A DNA stretch of 64,000 nucleotides from Vitrella brassicaformis CCMP3155 (taxonomy: Eukaryota > Protista > Chromerida): assembly GCA_001179505.1 (NCBI GenBank), contig CDMY01000278.1, positions 62,001 to 126,000 on the forward strand, read 5' to 3'. The notes beneath the pieces are model-generated. The model saw nothing but the letters and a program-made list of their open reading frames with translations, was not told where the DNA came from and searched no databases. This document shows positions 63,269 through 64,000 of this stretch, piece by piece. A program made the position numbers and the translations under genes. The stretch's first letter is position 1, and the number at the start of each line of letters is the position of its first letter.

Positions 63269-64000
63269 TCAGTAGAAGCCTGCACCACACGCACACACAC
63301 AGAGGCGTGCATCCTCCCCTCAGTGTGTCAGGCAGCCACCGCCCGACCTGCTTTGGTTCTGAGTGTGGGGTGGTCGCCGCGGCCCCACGGCAAGTACCCC
63401 TTGGTGATCTCACACAGTCTGGATCGAGCAACCACACACACACACACACATACACACATACACACACGTACGGCCACCCATCTGTGTGTGTGTGTGTGTC
63501 GGCTTTGCTTACTTGTCTGCACATTTGGTGACGTTTGGGATCTTAACCGGGCCCCCCTCCCAGTTCTGATACAGCCGGGTGGTGAAGCACGTGAAGTCGG
63601 CGATGATATCTGCCGGCACGTCTGAAAGTGCACACAGCACAGCACAGCACAGCACACACGGACAAAGGCAGGGCATTGAGCGGTCTCTCGGTCTGTCAGT
63701 GAGCCCGTGTGTGTGTGTGCGGATGTGGGTGTGGGTGGTGTGGTGTGGTGTTACTCGATGTGTTGTAGATGACGTGATAGTGGGTGGGGCCCGAACACGC
63801 TGACACATCACATGACACACACAGACACAGACGACAGACAGACAGATGCTCGTGCGTGTGTGTGTCCGGCTGTTCGTTCAGTGTGCTCACTGCCGCGGGG
63901 CGCCCGGTTGTGCACAACGAAGAAGTCGAAATCGGTCGTCGAGGTGATGGTCGACTCGACGATCGTCTCTGAAAAGACACACACGCGCACAGAGAGAGAG
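63269..64000 (-). CDS. PIWI/Argonaute family protein, C-terminal PIWI-domain exons (5' part outside the window)
   Basis: Five exons (63891-63968, 63755-63799, 63513-63621, 63348-63418, 63269-63279) splice in frame to TIVESTITSTTDFDFFVVHNRAPRGTCSGPTHYHVIYNTSNVPADIIADFTCFTTRLYQNWEGGPVKIPNVTKCADKLCEITKGYLPWGRGDHPTLRTKAGFY*, matching the PIWI C-terminal pattern TVVD...DF(F/Y)L...PTHY.VI...LYYNW.G.(I/V).VP...AHKLA. Confidence 0.85.

Overview
Eukaryotic, GC-rich, very intron-dense genomic DNA with about 24 protein-coding loci. No rRNA, tRNA, CRISPR array or intact transposase/RT was recognised. Several features point by inference to a chromerid alveolate of the Vitrella brassicaformis type: short microsatellite-filled introns, signal-plus-transit leaders with Phe at +1, a RAP-domain protein, a BT1 transporter, and lineage-expanded ankyrin/TLDc/RING families. 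Recognisable genes, spliced by hand and with approximate outer boundaries: secreted LNR-EGF-TLDc-like protein, dihydroxyacetone kinase, delta-12/omega-6 desaturase, a tandem ankyrin-gene array broken by two 300-N gaps, a plastid-leader plus RING protein, RAP/helical-repeat protein, 3-hydroxyacyl-CoA dehydrogenase, BT1 folate/biopterin transporter, plastid SAM methyltransferase, Tctex-1 dynein light chain, EF-hand protein, CHK2-like FHA kinase, Pumilio/PUF, SKP1, and the 3' end of a divergent PIWI/Argonaute gene that has Asp at the usual His catalytic position. Window-wide patterns: many introns have a CA-rich 5' half and a complementary GT-rich 3' half, and many genes sit head-to-head across 130-300 bp spacers that share short motifs (AGCTCGC, telo-box AAACCCT).
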